This document shows, piece by piece, positions 50,301 through 62,374 of a DNA stretch of 64,000 nucleotides. A program made the translations under genes and the position numbers. The first letter of the stretch is position 1, and every line of letters begins with the position of its first letter. Source of the DNA: Selaginella moellendorffii (lineage: Eukaryota; Plantae; Lycopodiophyta); assembly GCF_000143415.4 (NCBI RefSeq), contig NW_003314296.1:1587858-1651857 (forward strand). The letters run 5' to 3'. The notes below the pieces were generated by a model that had not been told where the DNA came from, did no database searches, and worked only from the letters and a program-made list of their open reading frames with translations.

Positions 50301-53300
50301 AACCATTCCATTTTCCTAAGCCAATACAAACTAGTGAATGGGTTGGAGCTACCTTTGGTTAGCTTAGACCTTAGTATGTAGTTTGTATGATGCGGCTCGA
50401 AAGGGATGCTGACTTTTGAGGCTAATGCAATTGAGTTGGATAGAGTCTGGAGTTGGTGTAGAAAAGTGGTTGTTGCGCTTTTCTAGAAAGGTGACCCTTC
50501 TGCCTTTCTTTTGTAACGTTATGCTTGGTGGCAAGTTGCACCTTGCATTTCGTTAGACTCTATGAGAGTAGTGAGCTCTCACTAATCTTGACTTAGTCTT
50601 GATGGCCCTGCGCCTTGGCTGAGGATAATGATGTCTAACTTAGTTGTTTGAGATTGAGATGTTAATACCTGTACTATAGCTTTGTCTATGAGGAGGTTGT
50701 ATACCGATATAAGTCCATCTCATGGTCTTCACTTTAGTTTTGATTGAGTGTTGATTATGCATAGGTAGCCTCTTCAAGGCATGCTCAGAGCTAGTGGCTA
50801 AATGCATTAGTAAGCTTATTGCGGTTGAGTTGGATTTGAGTAGTCATTTAGTTCATGCTTGTCCATGAACCTTTATCTTGTACTTGAGATATTACGTTCA
50901 TGTTGGATGAGTATATGACTCAATGGCATGAGTTTAGTGTTTGGGTCTCGTGAAAACAAGTTAAAGAGTGATTGTTAGTTGTTTTGTGACTAGTGATTGC
51001 TTGAAGACTTTGTTGAAAACTGTTTGACACTTGCTTCACTCGATGATGATTTAGCAGTGATGGGCTTGCTTTACCAGATGGTGTTACGGAGAATCGTGTC
51101 ATTGGACTTACATGAGTTTTCCATGTTGACATGTCGATTTTACCTCTATTGATATCATTTGGTTGCGTTCAGTCCATGGTGTTAGATTTCATGGAGTCTT
51201 GGACATGGTAAATCACTCCTAGACGATATGTTATCTGAAACTGAGTATTGTTGGAGGATTAGTCTTGGATACTGAGTAAAGTATCTTCAACCTTGGTTAA
51301 CTTAGTTGTTAGGGAGTTTTGAGTGGTGATTCACTCATGCTTTTTTCTAGCTTTATTATGGTGTTGATGGCATTGAAGTGATGCTTTATCATTGACATTG
51401 TTGATGTTGAGATTTGAGTAAAATAAGATGTTTCTCCGAAATATTGATGTTGAGTGTCATTAGTCTCGATGAAGATAGTGTTGATGGTTTAGTTATGGTT
51501 TTGTGTTATTAGCATTCGTGCATTTGCTAGTTAGCAACTATGTTGGCGTTCAAACGAATTGAGTGGCAAGTTTGAGTTAGTTGTGTTCTCGATGAAATTG
51601 TTTAGTAAAGGTTGAGCTTTGAGCTTTTCCTTGAAAAGTGATTTAACCATGGACTTTGCTAGCTTTACGAAAGGAAGAGTTAATGATTAATATTGGAATA
51701 TTTGAATCTTTGTTAAATTTGAGTTGGAATATATTGATCATTAATGATTCTTCTTATGTTTGTTATGAAGTGAGTTACGTCTTGCTATAGATGGATTCAT
51801 CGAGGATCGGTTTAATGATCACTTGTTGAGCATTGTTTTGTTATGTTTAGCTTTTGGATTGATACAGATATGCTCTTCATTAGCTTTGCATTATGAAATT
51901 TAGCTTATGGATGTGTTGAGGAGGATGTTGTGGGTTGTACCATGATTTCTTCTTTAGCATTGAAATTAGTTATGCAAGACTTGTGATCATTATTAGGTAA
52001 GACTTGGCTATAGACTTCTTTGAGCTTTTGGTTCTTTGAGTTTTCATGCTCATTATTCCATTTATTAGAAGTTGTTGGGGAAGGCATTTTGGCTTATGAG
52101 CTTCGATATTGACGTTGGTTTTTGCATTTGGCAATCATTGGTAATCTAAGATAGTTGATTATCCTTATTCTTTCATGATAGTTAGTTATTCTCTTTGATG
52201 GGTTATAGCTTTTCGCAATACCACATGTTCTTTATGGTTTGCTCTGGATTGGTCTCTTGGGTTTGAGACATCAATAGGATGTTGCCGATGTTTGCTTGAG
52301 CAACTTTGGTTCCTTAGTATTGTTGACCAAAATCTATTCAGATTGGTTAGTGCGATAGTTGGCATGAATGAGTGTTTGTTGTTCATACCGCATTCATTCT
52401 ATTCTATTGATTGTTGCTCAAGTTAGTTTTGATAGATTTGGATTGTTTGGCATATTGTCTACCATCTTTGATAGTTAATCATTGAGTTCCTTTGATGATA
52501 TACTTGCTATTAAATTTTGTTGGATGGTGATTCCTATATTTACCAATTATGATGATTTTGGTGGTTTCTACACTATCATACTACTTTATCAGATGATAAC
52601 TTACTTGGAATACTTTTGTGTTCTCATATAAGATTTAATCACTGATACTTGAGACTCTAAGATATCATTGTCTATGACTTTGATATTGTCCATCTGTTGA
52701 TCTTTGAATTTAGGCCAGTATAGGTAGACTGGCTTCGGCATTTTGTGTGCATAATGAAATCTTTAGTCATGGGGTAGCCACTGTCGACTGGTCACATCAC
52801 CCGCCTCTCTGTCGATGTTTCTTATTCCATTAAAGGGGCATGACTGTGTAAACAACTATAACTACTTGTTTACAATAGTCTATCTAAACCTTACCGACGG
52901 GTTTGGTTTCTTTGCTCAGGAGGGTTGGGGCCTCTGGCTTCTCTCTCTATGTTCCTACAGGCAAGGGCGTATCACACTTTTGTAAGTTGAGTGACACCCA
53001 GAGCAGCAAGGGTGGCTAACTCCATTGGTCATTTCTTTGTCGGTGATGGCCGGAAAGTGTCTGAGCTGGTAGTGCATCCGTGTTAGACAAAGAGGTTGCC
53101 TCCTAACTCATTTAAGTTGGTGCATTTCTCACATAATGTGATCACTGTGAACTTTTGTTGGAATTGTTTCTTTGGCGGTGGTCTAGACTCGAGTATGCAT
53201 CGACAAGGACGTCGATCTTCCCTAGGGGGGGAGAGTGTTGCGAATGTGACTTCAGGTATTGAAAATTACCTGTTGGCCAGTCCTTACAGACACTCTTTCC

Positions 53301-56300
53301 TTACTGCCACAATGATAGAAGGTTGGTATTGCTGGACCCTTTATCAGCCCCTCTTGTGCTAGTGGAATTAATTGAGAATTTCGAGTGTACTTAGACCGGA
53401 CAAGCATAAGGACAGAATTCTTATGTGTTATTAGCTAAGCATACTTAGCTCGGTAAGGAGTTCCTGTCTCGTTATGTCTTGCACTTGTTAGTGACAAGAA
53501 CCCTCGTGTATTGAGATTGGTCCCTCAATATCGCTACATGATAGCTTATCGTGTCTGCCAAACACCCTTGCTATCATGACCTTTGTATTAGTCTCATTTC
53601 GGTCCCAAATGCTATTTATGGAAAGTGTCCAGATTTGCTCATTTGGCATATCTATAGAATGTAGAGATCGGCCTGAACACAATGGTGTTCGTCCCGTGCC
53701 CAAATTCGTAATCTAGTGTCATTCTATATTTAGTAAGTTTCAAGCTTGTCCCAGAGACTAACTCCTGATACTAAGGAAGGCTTGAGGTGAAAGCCCAAAG
53801 CGTGTGTTCCTCAAGGGCGGGGCTGTGGGGGGTTCCAAATGTATAGTAGGGATAGTGGGTAGGTTAGGCATGGCTGACCAACTTGAGGCATAGTCTAGTT
53901 TCTGCTTGCGTACCTGTCTTTGTTCTGCTTCTGGCTTGGGTCTAAGCCCAAGTTCCATTCTATGCTAGCTAGGGGAGTACCCATGTCCTCGTGTTATGCC
54001 ACCGGTATGCCGAAATAACTCTAGACTTCATTTGGCTCTGTTTGCGTGCTGGTCCTAGCATTGGGATGCTGGTTACTCTAGGACTATTCTAAGTCGCTTC
54101 GGGCTCCTGTCCCTTCGCTCCTTGGGCTGTATGCTCAAGAGTTGCTTCGTGGTCCGGTTCTGTCACTCCTTGGCTCCATGCTTAGGAGTTTGGCACCGTT
54201 CTTTTGTTTAGTGGCCCAAGGCCCTAAAACTCGGGTTTCACACTATGTTCCTTTGGACATGTGGCATGTGACACATGGCATCTGTCACGTGGCATATAGA
54301 GGGTTAAGTTCTGCTTCGTGGTGTTATCCTATGGTAAGTCACTATAGGATAAAGTGTCAAAACCACATGCGCTACATTTGGTATTAGAGGATACGTCTCA
54401 GCGAGTACTATACAATGAGATTGGGCAACTAGTCTCGTTGCATACATAAAGATGAAAACGATGATTCGAGTGGGTACATGTTTGGGTGCTTAGGCTTCGC
54501 ATTTGTTCCTTGGGTATGGATTTGGTTACCTTGTTGTACCGTAATAATGTGAGCTTGCTCTTGGGCTCATAGGATGGATTTGAGTTGTTCCATTTAGCAC
54601 GAGTTTGCGCTTGGGCTTGTGAGTGAGGCACATTAGCAACTCAAGGTTACACTTTGCGTTAGCAGGATTTACCCTATCGGTAGTTCCATGAGTTGTTCCA
54701 TGTACCGTGGGTGAAAATAAACCTTCCCTGGGTTTGCTATGAGTGGCAAATAGGCTGGTCCATAGCTGTTTAGCACAGCACTAGTGGATCCTTCCTAGGC
54801 ATGATTGCAAGTGAGTTAACCAAGACTGTAGGGATTAGTCTATTGGTTTGGTAGTCATTGCCGTGCTCTCTCATAAACTTTTCTTGAATTGGACTAAAGG
54901 CAGTGTGAAAGCAAACTTGAGGTTTAGTCAAAGATGAGACCGAAAAGAGAGTTGTTAGGGACAAAGGATCAAACACGTAAATCATCTTCTCTTCTTGGAG
55001 AGATGATTCACAACGATATATAACTCATTGCTCGTGTTCACATTATGCAATCAAGAGTTCCTACCTTGATGCAAATTGGAAATGATGGTTTTACAAATTG
55101 TGAGTTATGGGATGGATAACGGTGAAGCGCTATACCATTTTGTCTAGGCTTGCTATTGGAAGACTTGGGTTACAATGCTCAATTCTTTCCGGGGAACCTT
55201 GCTATTGCTTCTTGAGTAGCTTGGTGTTGGATTAGTTTTGAGTTTGGTTGGAAAGAGAGTGGCATGAGCTTGTCCGTGTTGTGAACAAAAGTTAGTAGTG
55301 TTGAGTGTGGTAAATCTCTATTGGTAGAGTGTAGCATTTATGTTGCATTTTTGTTGGATCGATTTGGCACTTGATACTCACATAAACCTTTGAAGTAATG
55401 ATATAAGCATTGCTTATAGTGTTGCTCAATTAATGATCAAGTCATTGTGATACTTATATCATATCCATGTGATAATGAGCAATGTGTTTGCGAAGTTGCT
55501 TGGGTAAACAATGATTAACCCCAAAGTGGTTGATGGTGAAGCTAGTTTACTTGCATGAAGTAGCATTGTAGTAGCTTTGACTAGATTCTCAATAGTGATC
55601 TATCATATGCTAAGCTTAAGTTGGTACCTTATTTCCTTAAGTTTGTCCATAAGGTGTTGGAAAGGGTTATAGCATTCACTTGGTATAACTTGTTAGTTGA
55701 TCCATTAGCACTTGGAGTAAATTATTGGATGGAGAAGATGTGTAATTGAGGCATTGACATTACTAGAACTTGTGTTTGGAAGTGGTATTGTTATTTCGAG
55801 TGATGAGGAATTTTCCTTAGAGCTTGATTTTCCATGTCATTTTTTTTGTTAGTGTTTTGGCTTCACATTGGATCTTGAGAATGATTGAAGAAGAGTGTTA
55901 GTGCAATATCGATATTTGAAGATATAGTATTCATGATCAAGCCTTGGATGTTCCATTTGCATTTTGCGGATGTCGATGTTGGATATCGGAAAAATGGGTA
56001 AAGATGTTCGAGGCTTAAGCATACTATGGGTCATGAGAATTGGTGTTGAAGTGAACCTATGTGAAGTTGTTGGTAAGAGGAAGTTGGTTGAGTCTTGAAA
56101 GTTTGTATTCCTAAACTGAGAGTTATTCTTTCTCTGGGATGGAAAATTCTCCACCAATTTTTTTAAACTTTTCCGATGGTTGATCTATTGATCACTTTGC
56201 TCGAAAACCATTTTGTTTTTGTAAGCCAGTACAAACTAATGAAGGGGTTGGAATTGACTTTGGTTAACTTAAACTTTAGTAAGTAGTTTGTATGATATGG

Positions 56301-59300
56301 CCCGAAAAGGATGTTGATTTTTGGGGCTAAAGCAATTGAGTTAGATAAAGTCTGGAGTTGGTATAGAAAAGTGGTTGTTGCACTTTTCTAAGAAGGATGA
56401 CCCTTGTGCCTTTCTTTTGTAGCGTTGTGCTTGGCGGCAAGTTGCACCTTGCATTTCATTAGACTCTATGAGAGTAGTGAACTCTCACTAATCTTGACTT
56501 AGTCTTGGTAGCCCTACGCCTTGGTTGAGGATGGTGATGTCCAACTTAGTTGTTTAAGGTTGAGGTGTTGATACCCGTACTATAGCTTTGTCTAAGTGGA
56601 GGTTGTGTACCGATATGAGTCTATCTCATGGTCTTCACTTTAGTTTCGACTAAGTGTTGGTCTTGTATAGCTAGCCTCTTCAAGGCATGCTCAGAGCTAT
56701 TGACTAAATGTATTAGTGAGCTTATTGCAATTGAGTTGGATTCGAGTGGTCATTTAGTTTGTGCTTGTCTATGAACCTCTATCTTGTCTGGGTATTACAT
56801 TCATATTGGACAAGTATATGACCTGATGACATAAGTTTAGTGTTTGGGTCTTATGAAGGCAAGTTGAAAGAGTGATTGTTGGTTGCTTTACAGCTAGTGA
56901 TTGCTTATAGACTCGTCAAGGACTGTTTGACACTTGCTTCACTCGATGAAGATTTATTAGTGATAGGTTTACTTTACCGAATAGTGTTGTGGAGGATCAT
57001 GTCGTTAGACTTATATGGGTTTTCCATGTTAGCATATCAACTCTACCTCTGTGGATATCATTTGGTTGCGTTTACTTTGTAGTGTTGGATTTTATTGAGT
57101 CTTGGACGTGGTGATTCACTCCTTGGTGATGTGTTATCTGAAACTAAGTATTGTGGAAGAATTGGTCTCGGATACTAACTAAGGTATCTTTGACTTTGGT
57201 TAGCTTGGTTGCAAGAGAGTTTTGAGTGGTGATTCACTCTTGCTTTCTTTTAGCTTTGTTATGGTGTTGATGACATTAAAGTGATGCTTTGTCGTTGACA
57301 TTGTTGATGTTGAGATTTTAGTGAAATGAGATGTCTCTCCGAAAGATTGATACTGAGTTTCATTAGTCTTGATGAAGATAGTGTTGATGATTTGGTTGTA
57401 GTTGGCAATCATTGGTAATGATTGACTATCATCTAGGATACTTGATTTTTGCTTGATTATTGTTGATATAGAATGATTTGCCATTCTATAAGATGGTAGA
57501 TTCTTTCTTCAATGATGATTATGCATTTCTTTATTGATGGGATGATTGATGGTCTTTCATGATGGTTAGTGATTCTCTTTGATGGTTTTTGGCTTTTCGC
57601 ATTACCACATGTTCTTTGTGGTTTGCTTTGGATTGGTCTCTTGGGTTTGAAACATCAATAGGATGTTGCTAACACTTGCTTAGACAACTTGAGTTCCTTG
57701 GTGTTGTTGGCTGGGATCTATTCGGATTGGTTAGTGTGATAGTTGGCATGAATGAGTGTTTGTTGGTCTTGCCACATTCATTCTGTTCTATTGATTATTG
57801 CTCGAGTTAGTTTCGATAAATTAGAATGTTCTTTCCTTCAGGTGATACATTCGCAAGCATCTTGCTTATTAGTCACTGATACTTTGTGTTCTTTGAGTTA
57901 TCTTTGGTAAGTTATTTAGCATACTATTTACCATCTTCGGTAATTAAGTTTTATCATTAAGTTTCCTTGATGATATATTTGTTATTGAATTTTGTTGGAT
58001 GGTCAATCCTATGTTTTCGAAAATGATGATACTATACTAATGGTTTATTAGATAATAACTTACTTGGAATACTTTTGTGTTCTCATTTAAGATTTCTTCA
58101 TTGATAATTAAGACTCTAAGATATCATTGTCTATGACTTTGATATTATCCATCTATTGATCTTTGAGTTTGGGCCAATATAGGCAAACTAGCTTCGGCAC
58201 TTCGTGTGCATGGTGAAATCTTTAGCCATGGGGTAGCTACTATCAACTGGTCACATAACCCGCCTCTCTGTCGATGTTCCTTATTCTGTTAAAAGGGCAT
58301 AACTATGTAAACAACTCTAACTGCCTGTTTACAATAGTCTATCTAAACTTTACCAACATCTTTGGTTTCTTTACTCATGAGGGTTCTGGCTTCTCTTTCT
58401 AGGTCCCTGCAGGTAGGGGCATATCACACTTTTATAAGCTGGGTGACACCCAGCACAGCAAGGGTGGCTAACACCATTGGTCATTTCCTTGTCAGCAATG
58501 GCCGGAAGGTGTCTTAGCTGGTAGCGCATCCGCGTTAGACAAAGAGGTTGTCTTCTAACTCATTTAAGTTGGTGCATTTCTTACATAGTGTGAATATTGT
58601 GAACTTTTTTGGAGTTGTTTCCTTGGCGGTATTCTAGACTCGAGTATGCATCGACGAGGACGTCGATCTTCCTTAGGGGGGGAGAGTGTCGCAAATGTGA
58701 CTTCGGGTATCAAAAGTTACCTGTCAACCAGTCCTTACGGACACTCTTTTCTTACTGCCACGATGACAGGAGGTTGGTATTACTGGACCCTTTATCAGCC
58801 CCTCTTGTGCTAGTGGAGTTAACTGGGTATTTCGAGTGTACTTAGACCAAACGAGCATAAAAACGGAATTCCTACGTGTTATTAGCTAAGCATACTTAGC
58901 CTAGTAAGGAGTTCCCGTCTCGTTATGTCTTGCACTTGCTAGTGACAAGAACCCTTGTGTATTGAGATTAGTCCCTTAATATCGCTACATGATAGCTTAC
59001 CGTGTCTGCCAAACACCCTCGCTATCATGCCCTTTGTGTTAGTCTCATTTCGGTCCCAAATGCTAATTATGGAAAGTGTCCAGATTTGCTCATTTGGCAT
59101 ATCTATGGAATGTAGAAATCGGCTTGAACACAATGGTGTTCGTCCTATGCCCAAATTTGCAATTTAGCGCCTATTCTATATTTAGTAAGTTTTGAGCTTG
59201 TCCTAGAGACTAACTCTTGATACTAAGGGAGGCTTGAGGTGAAAGCCCAAAGCGTGTGTTCCTCAAAGGGGGGGCTGTAGGGGGTTCTAAATATATAGTA

Positions 59301-60343
59301 GGGATAATGGGTAGGTCGGGCATGGCTAACCAACCTGAGGCATAGTCTAGCTTCCATTTGTATGCCTGTCCTTATTCTACATCCAGCTTGGGTCTAAGCC
59401 CAAGTTCCACACCATGCTAGCTGGTGGAGTACCCATGTCCTCGCGTTAGGCCACCAGTATGCCAAAATAGCACTAGACTCCGTTTGGCTTTATTTGCATG
59501 CTGGTCCTGGCATTGGGATGCTAATTACTCTAAGACTATTCCAAGTTGCTCCGGGCTCCTGTCCCTTCGCTCGTTGGGCTGTATGCTCAAGAGTTGCTTC
59601 GTGGTCTGGTTCCGTTATTCTTTGGCTCCATGCTTGGGAGTTTGGCACAGTTCCTTCATTTAGTGGCCCAAGGCCCTGAAACTCGGGTTCCACACCACGT
59701 TCCTTTGGACACGTGGCATGTGACACGTGGCATCTGTCACATGGCACATGGAGGGTTAGGTTCCACTTTGTGGTGTTATCCTATGGTAAATCACCATAGG
59801 ATAAATTGTCAAAACCACGTGCACTACACAGAAGGAGAGGATGATATGATGTTACATACTATTATTAGTATAGTGGGATTTTAATAGCTAATGGATTGGT
59901 TTCAATCTGTTCTAGCTAGTCAAATATACATACTTTTTTATTTTATGCACTCACTTAGAAGTTTTATTAATCAATTACTTGATCTTTTAATATCAAATAT
60001 AATTTAAAATATAGATTTAAAATATTGGAAAATAATTATATTTTTAAAACCACTAATTAATGATTCCTCTTTAACTTCTTAAATTGTCCCTGGAAATTCC
60101 AAAGTGTTAAACTTATATTTAAAATGTTACTTGATGTAAGATGAGCCACCAACCACATCAACAAGCTAAAAAGACTGTAAATGCACAAACAAAACAAAGT
60201 GTACACCTTTGTTAATAATAACAGGAATTTTTGTCTAAATCCTTAGACCTATCTTCTGTTGGGCATGAATCTCTTGGAATCTGACAAACTCATTGAGAGA
60301 TTTGATAGGTGTAGCAGCATTTCCCAAGCACACTACATAGTTG

Positions 60344-62374
60344 ATGGGATTCAATCAAAGGACCTCTCATCATGGATTTTCCTCCCTCCACTGCTATGCC
60401 CGCCATCCCCACTCCCACGAGGCCAGGTCGATCTTTGATGCTATGCCACATCACAGCATTGCAGCCTGGAATATGCTCATCACGGCATATATCCAATCAG
60501 GGCATCTGCATGCTGCGAAGATGGCCTTTGACGCAGCCCCAGTTAAAAGCATTGTAACGTGGAATGCCATTTTGGCAGCATATTCCCAGTCCGGAAGTGT
60601 CGATGTGGCAAGGCATCTCTTCGATGAAATGCCAATGTGGAATCTGATATCGTGGACGACTCTGCTGGTGGCATATACCCAGAACGGGCATTTGGAAAGC
60701 GCAAAAAATCTTTTTGATGCTTTGAAAGAGGCTGATCGAGACCTTGTAGCATGGAACGCAATGCTTGCCGGATATGCGAAGCTCGGGAAAACCAAAGAAG
60801 CGTTTGATTTGTTTCAAAAGATGCCATTGCTGGATCTTTTCTCATGGAACACTATCCTTTCTGCCAATGCCCAGAAAGGAAACCTTCACACAGTGGAAGA
60901 GATCCTCTCTTCAATGCCTATGCTTAGCCTGGTTTCCTGGAACTCTGCCTTAGGAGCATATGCTCGTTTTGGATCTTTGAATCAAGCAAAAGACCTCTTC
61001 AAACAATTGCACCAGCATGATCTACTCTCCTGGAACTTGAGGCTCTTGGCATATGCTACAAACGGGCATCTTGAAGAAGCCAAGGGCTTGTTTGATTTGA
61101 TGCCGCAGCGCGATGCCAGCTCTTGGACGGTGATGATTGCATTGTACGGTGAATATGGCCTAGTCCATGAAGCCAGAAATATGCTAGAGGATATGCCACA
61201 GCATGACGTACCTGCATGGAACGCCATGCTTGGAGCATATGCCCAAAACGGGCATCTTGAGAAAGCTTTGTTAGCATTCTTTAACGAGGCACCGTGTTGG
61301 AACCTTGTTTCATGGACTGTGATTTTATCCCTGCTCGTAGAGACTGGAAGATTCAAGCAAGCTTTGGAGTTCTTCCATTCGATGCCAGAGAGAGACATCG
61401 TTTCATGGAACATACTGCTGGCTGGTGCTGCAAACCGTGAAGACAAGAGAGTTCTCTTCGATCAAATGCCGCAGCACAACCTCGCAACCCTGTGGATTAT
61501 GGGAAAGATCGAAGACGTCGGCCAACATTACCTTCCCCGTGAGAGCTTTGCGTCCCAGACTGCGTCCTTGATCTTCCTCCTCCACAAAGCAAGCCTGGAG
61601 CAAGCCAAGTTCGTGTTCGACAGCATGGAGCTCCGAGACCTCGGTTCCTGGACGGCCATGCTCGTTGCCTACGCTCAAGCTGGGCTCGTTGATCTCTCCC
61701 GGGAAATCTTCGATGGAATGCCGCAGCAGGACTCCACCAGCTGGAATGCAATGCTCTCGGCCTATTCCCAAAATGGTCTTCTCTTTGAGGCCAAAGTGAT
61801 CTTCTTCCAAATGCCGGAGAGAACTTTTGTCTCGTGGACTGCCATGACAAACGCCTATGCTCTCAACGGGCATCTCGGCCTCGCTGCCCAGAGCTTCAGC
61901 CGGACACCCGAGCCTCGTATCTGTTCCTGGAATTCCCTGCTTGCTGCCTACGCCCAAAACAGCCACACCACCGAAGCTTTTGATCTCTTTGCCAAGCTCA
62001 AAGTTGCCGAGCTGCCGGATGATATCACCTTCAGTTCTGTTTTAGTTGCCTGTAGCCACGAAGGGAAGTTGCTTAACAGCAAGGACCATTTTCAGTCAAT
62101 GAGTGTTGACTTTGGAGTGTCACCCAACAAGCACCACTACTGCTGCATGATAAACCTCTTCTGCCGAGCTGGACATCCAGGTGATGCACAAGAGCTTCTG
62201 TCCACTATGCCTTTCGTTCCCACTGCTCTGGAATGGACATGCTTGCTGGGAGCCTGTAAAAGCTACAATCAGGTTTCTCAAGCTGTTCAAGCTGCAAAGT
62301 ATTTTCTAGATCAGAGTAGCGGAGGGTACTTGTTGCTCGCAGGTCAGGTTGAATCTTGTAGAACCTGTGTATAA
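60344..62374 (+). CDS. Intronless PLS-class PPR protein (31-aa SS-type motifs, short E-like C-terminus, no DYW)
   Basis: Repeated MPxxxxxSW[NT]AxLxAYAQNG motifs at ~31-aa spacing. Ends HYCCMINLFCRAG...MPFVPTALEWTCLLGACK. Confidence 0.9.
   Translation: MGFNQRTSHHGFSSLHCYARHPHSHEARSIFDAMPHHSIAAWNMLITAYIQSGHLHAAKMAFDAAPVKSIVTWNAILAAYSQSGSVDVARHLFDEMPMWNLISWTTLLVAYTQNGHLESAKNLFDALKEADRDLVAWNAMLAGYAKLGKTKEAFDLFQKMPLLDLFSWNTILSANAQKGNLHTVEEILSSMPMLSLVSWNSALGAYARFGSLNQAKDLFKQLHQHDLLSWNLRLLAYATNGHLEEAKGLFDLMPQRDASSWTVMIALYGEYGLVHEARNMLEDMPQHDVPAWNAMLGAYAQNGHLEKALLAFFNEAPCWNLVSWTVILSLLVETGRFKQALEFFHSMPERDIVSWNILLAGAANREDKRVLFDQMPQHNLATLWIMGKIEDVGQHYLPRESFASQTASLIFLLHKASLEQAKFVFDSMELRDLGSWTAMLVAYAQAGLVDLSREIFDGMPQQDSTSWNAMLSAYSQNGLLFEAKVIFFQMPERTFVSWTAMTNAYALNGHLGLAAQSFSRTPEPRICSWNSLLAAYAQNSHTTEAFDLFAKLKVAELPDDITFSSVLVACSHEGKLLNSKDHFQSMSVDFGVSPNKHHYCCMINLFCRAGHPGDAQELLSTMPFVPTALEWTCLLGACKSYNQVSQAVQAAKYFLDQSSGGYLLLAGQVESCRTCV

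Larger units (their letters stand above)
28627..59828 (+). mobile_element. Family B non-autonomous LTR element in LTR-internal-LTR-internal-LTR tandem form
   Basis: LTR1 28627-29761 plus 48130-48463; internal 48464-53235; LTR2 53236-54376; internal 54377-58686; LTR3 58687-59828. PBS TGGTATTAGAGG after LTR1 and LTR2, PPT AGGGGGGGAGAG before LTR2 and LTR3. No long ORFs. Flanks do not match. Confidence 0.9.
24785..59954 (+). mobile_element. Old, strongly AT-shifted family A Gypsy (A2); outermost host of the nested pile
   Basis: 5' LTR 24785-24921 with PBS tggtggaaataaagggc. gag/PR/RT/INT remnants at 25100-28626 are colinear with A1. PPT 59831-59844, 3' LTR 59845-59954. ttag on both flanks. Confidence 0.85.
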
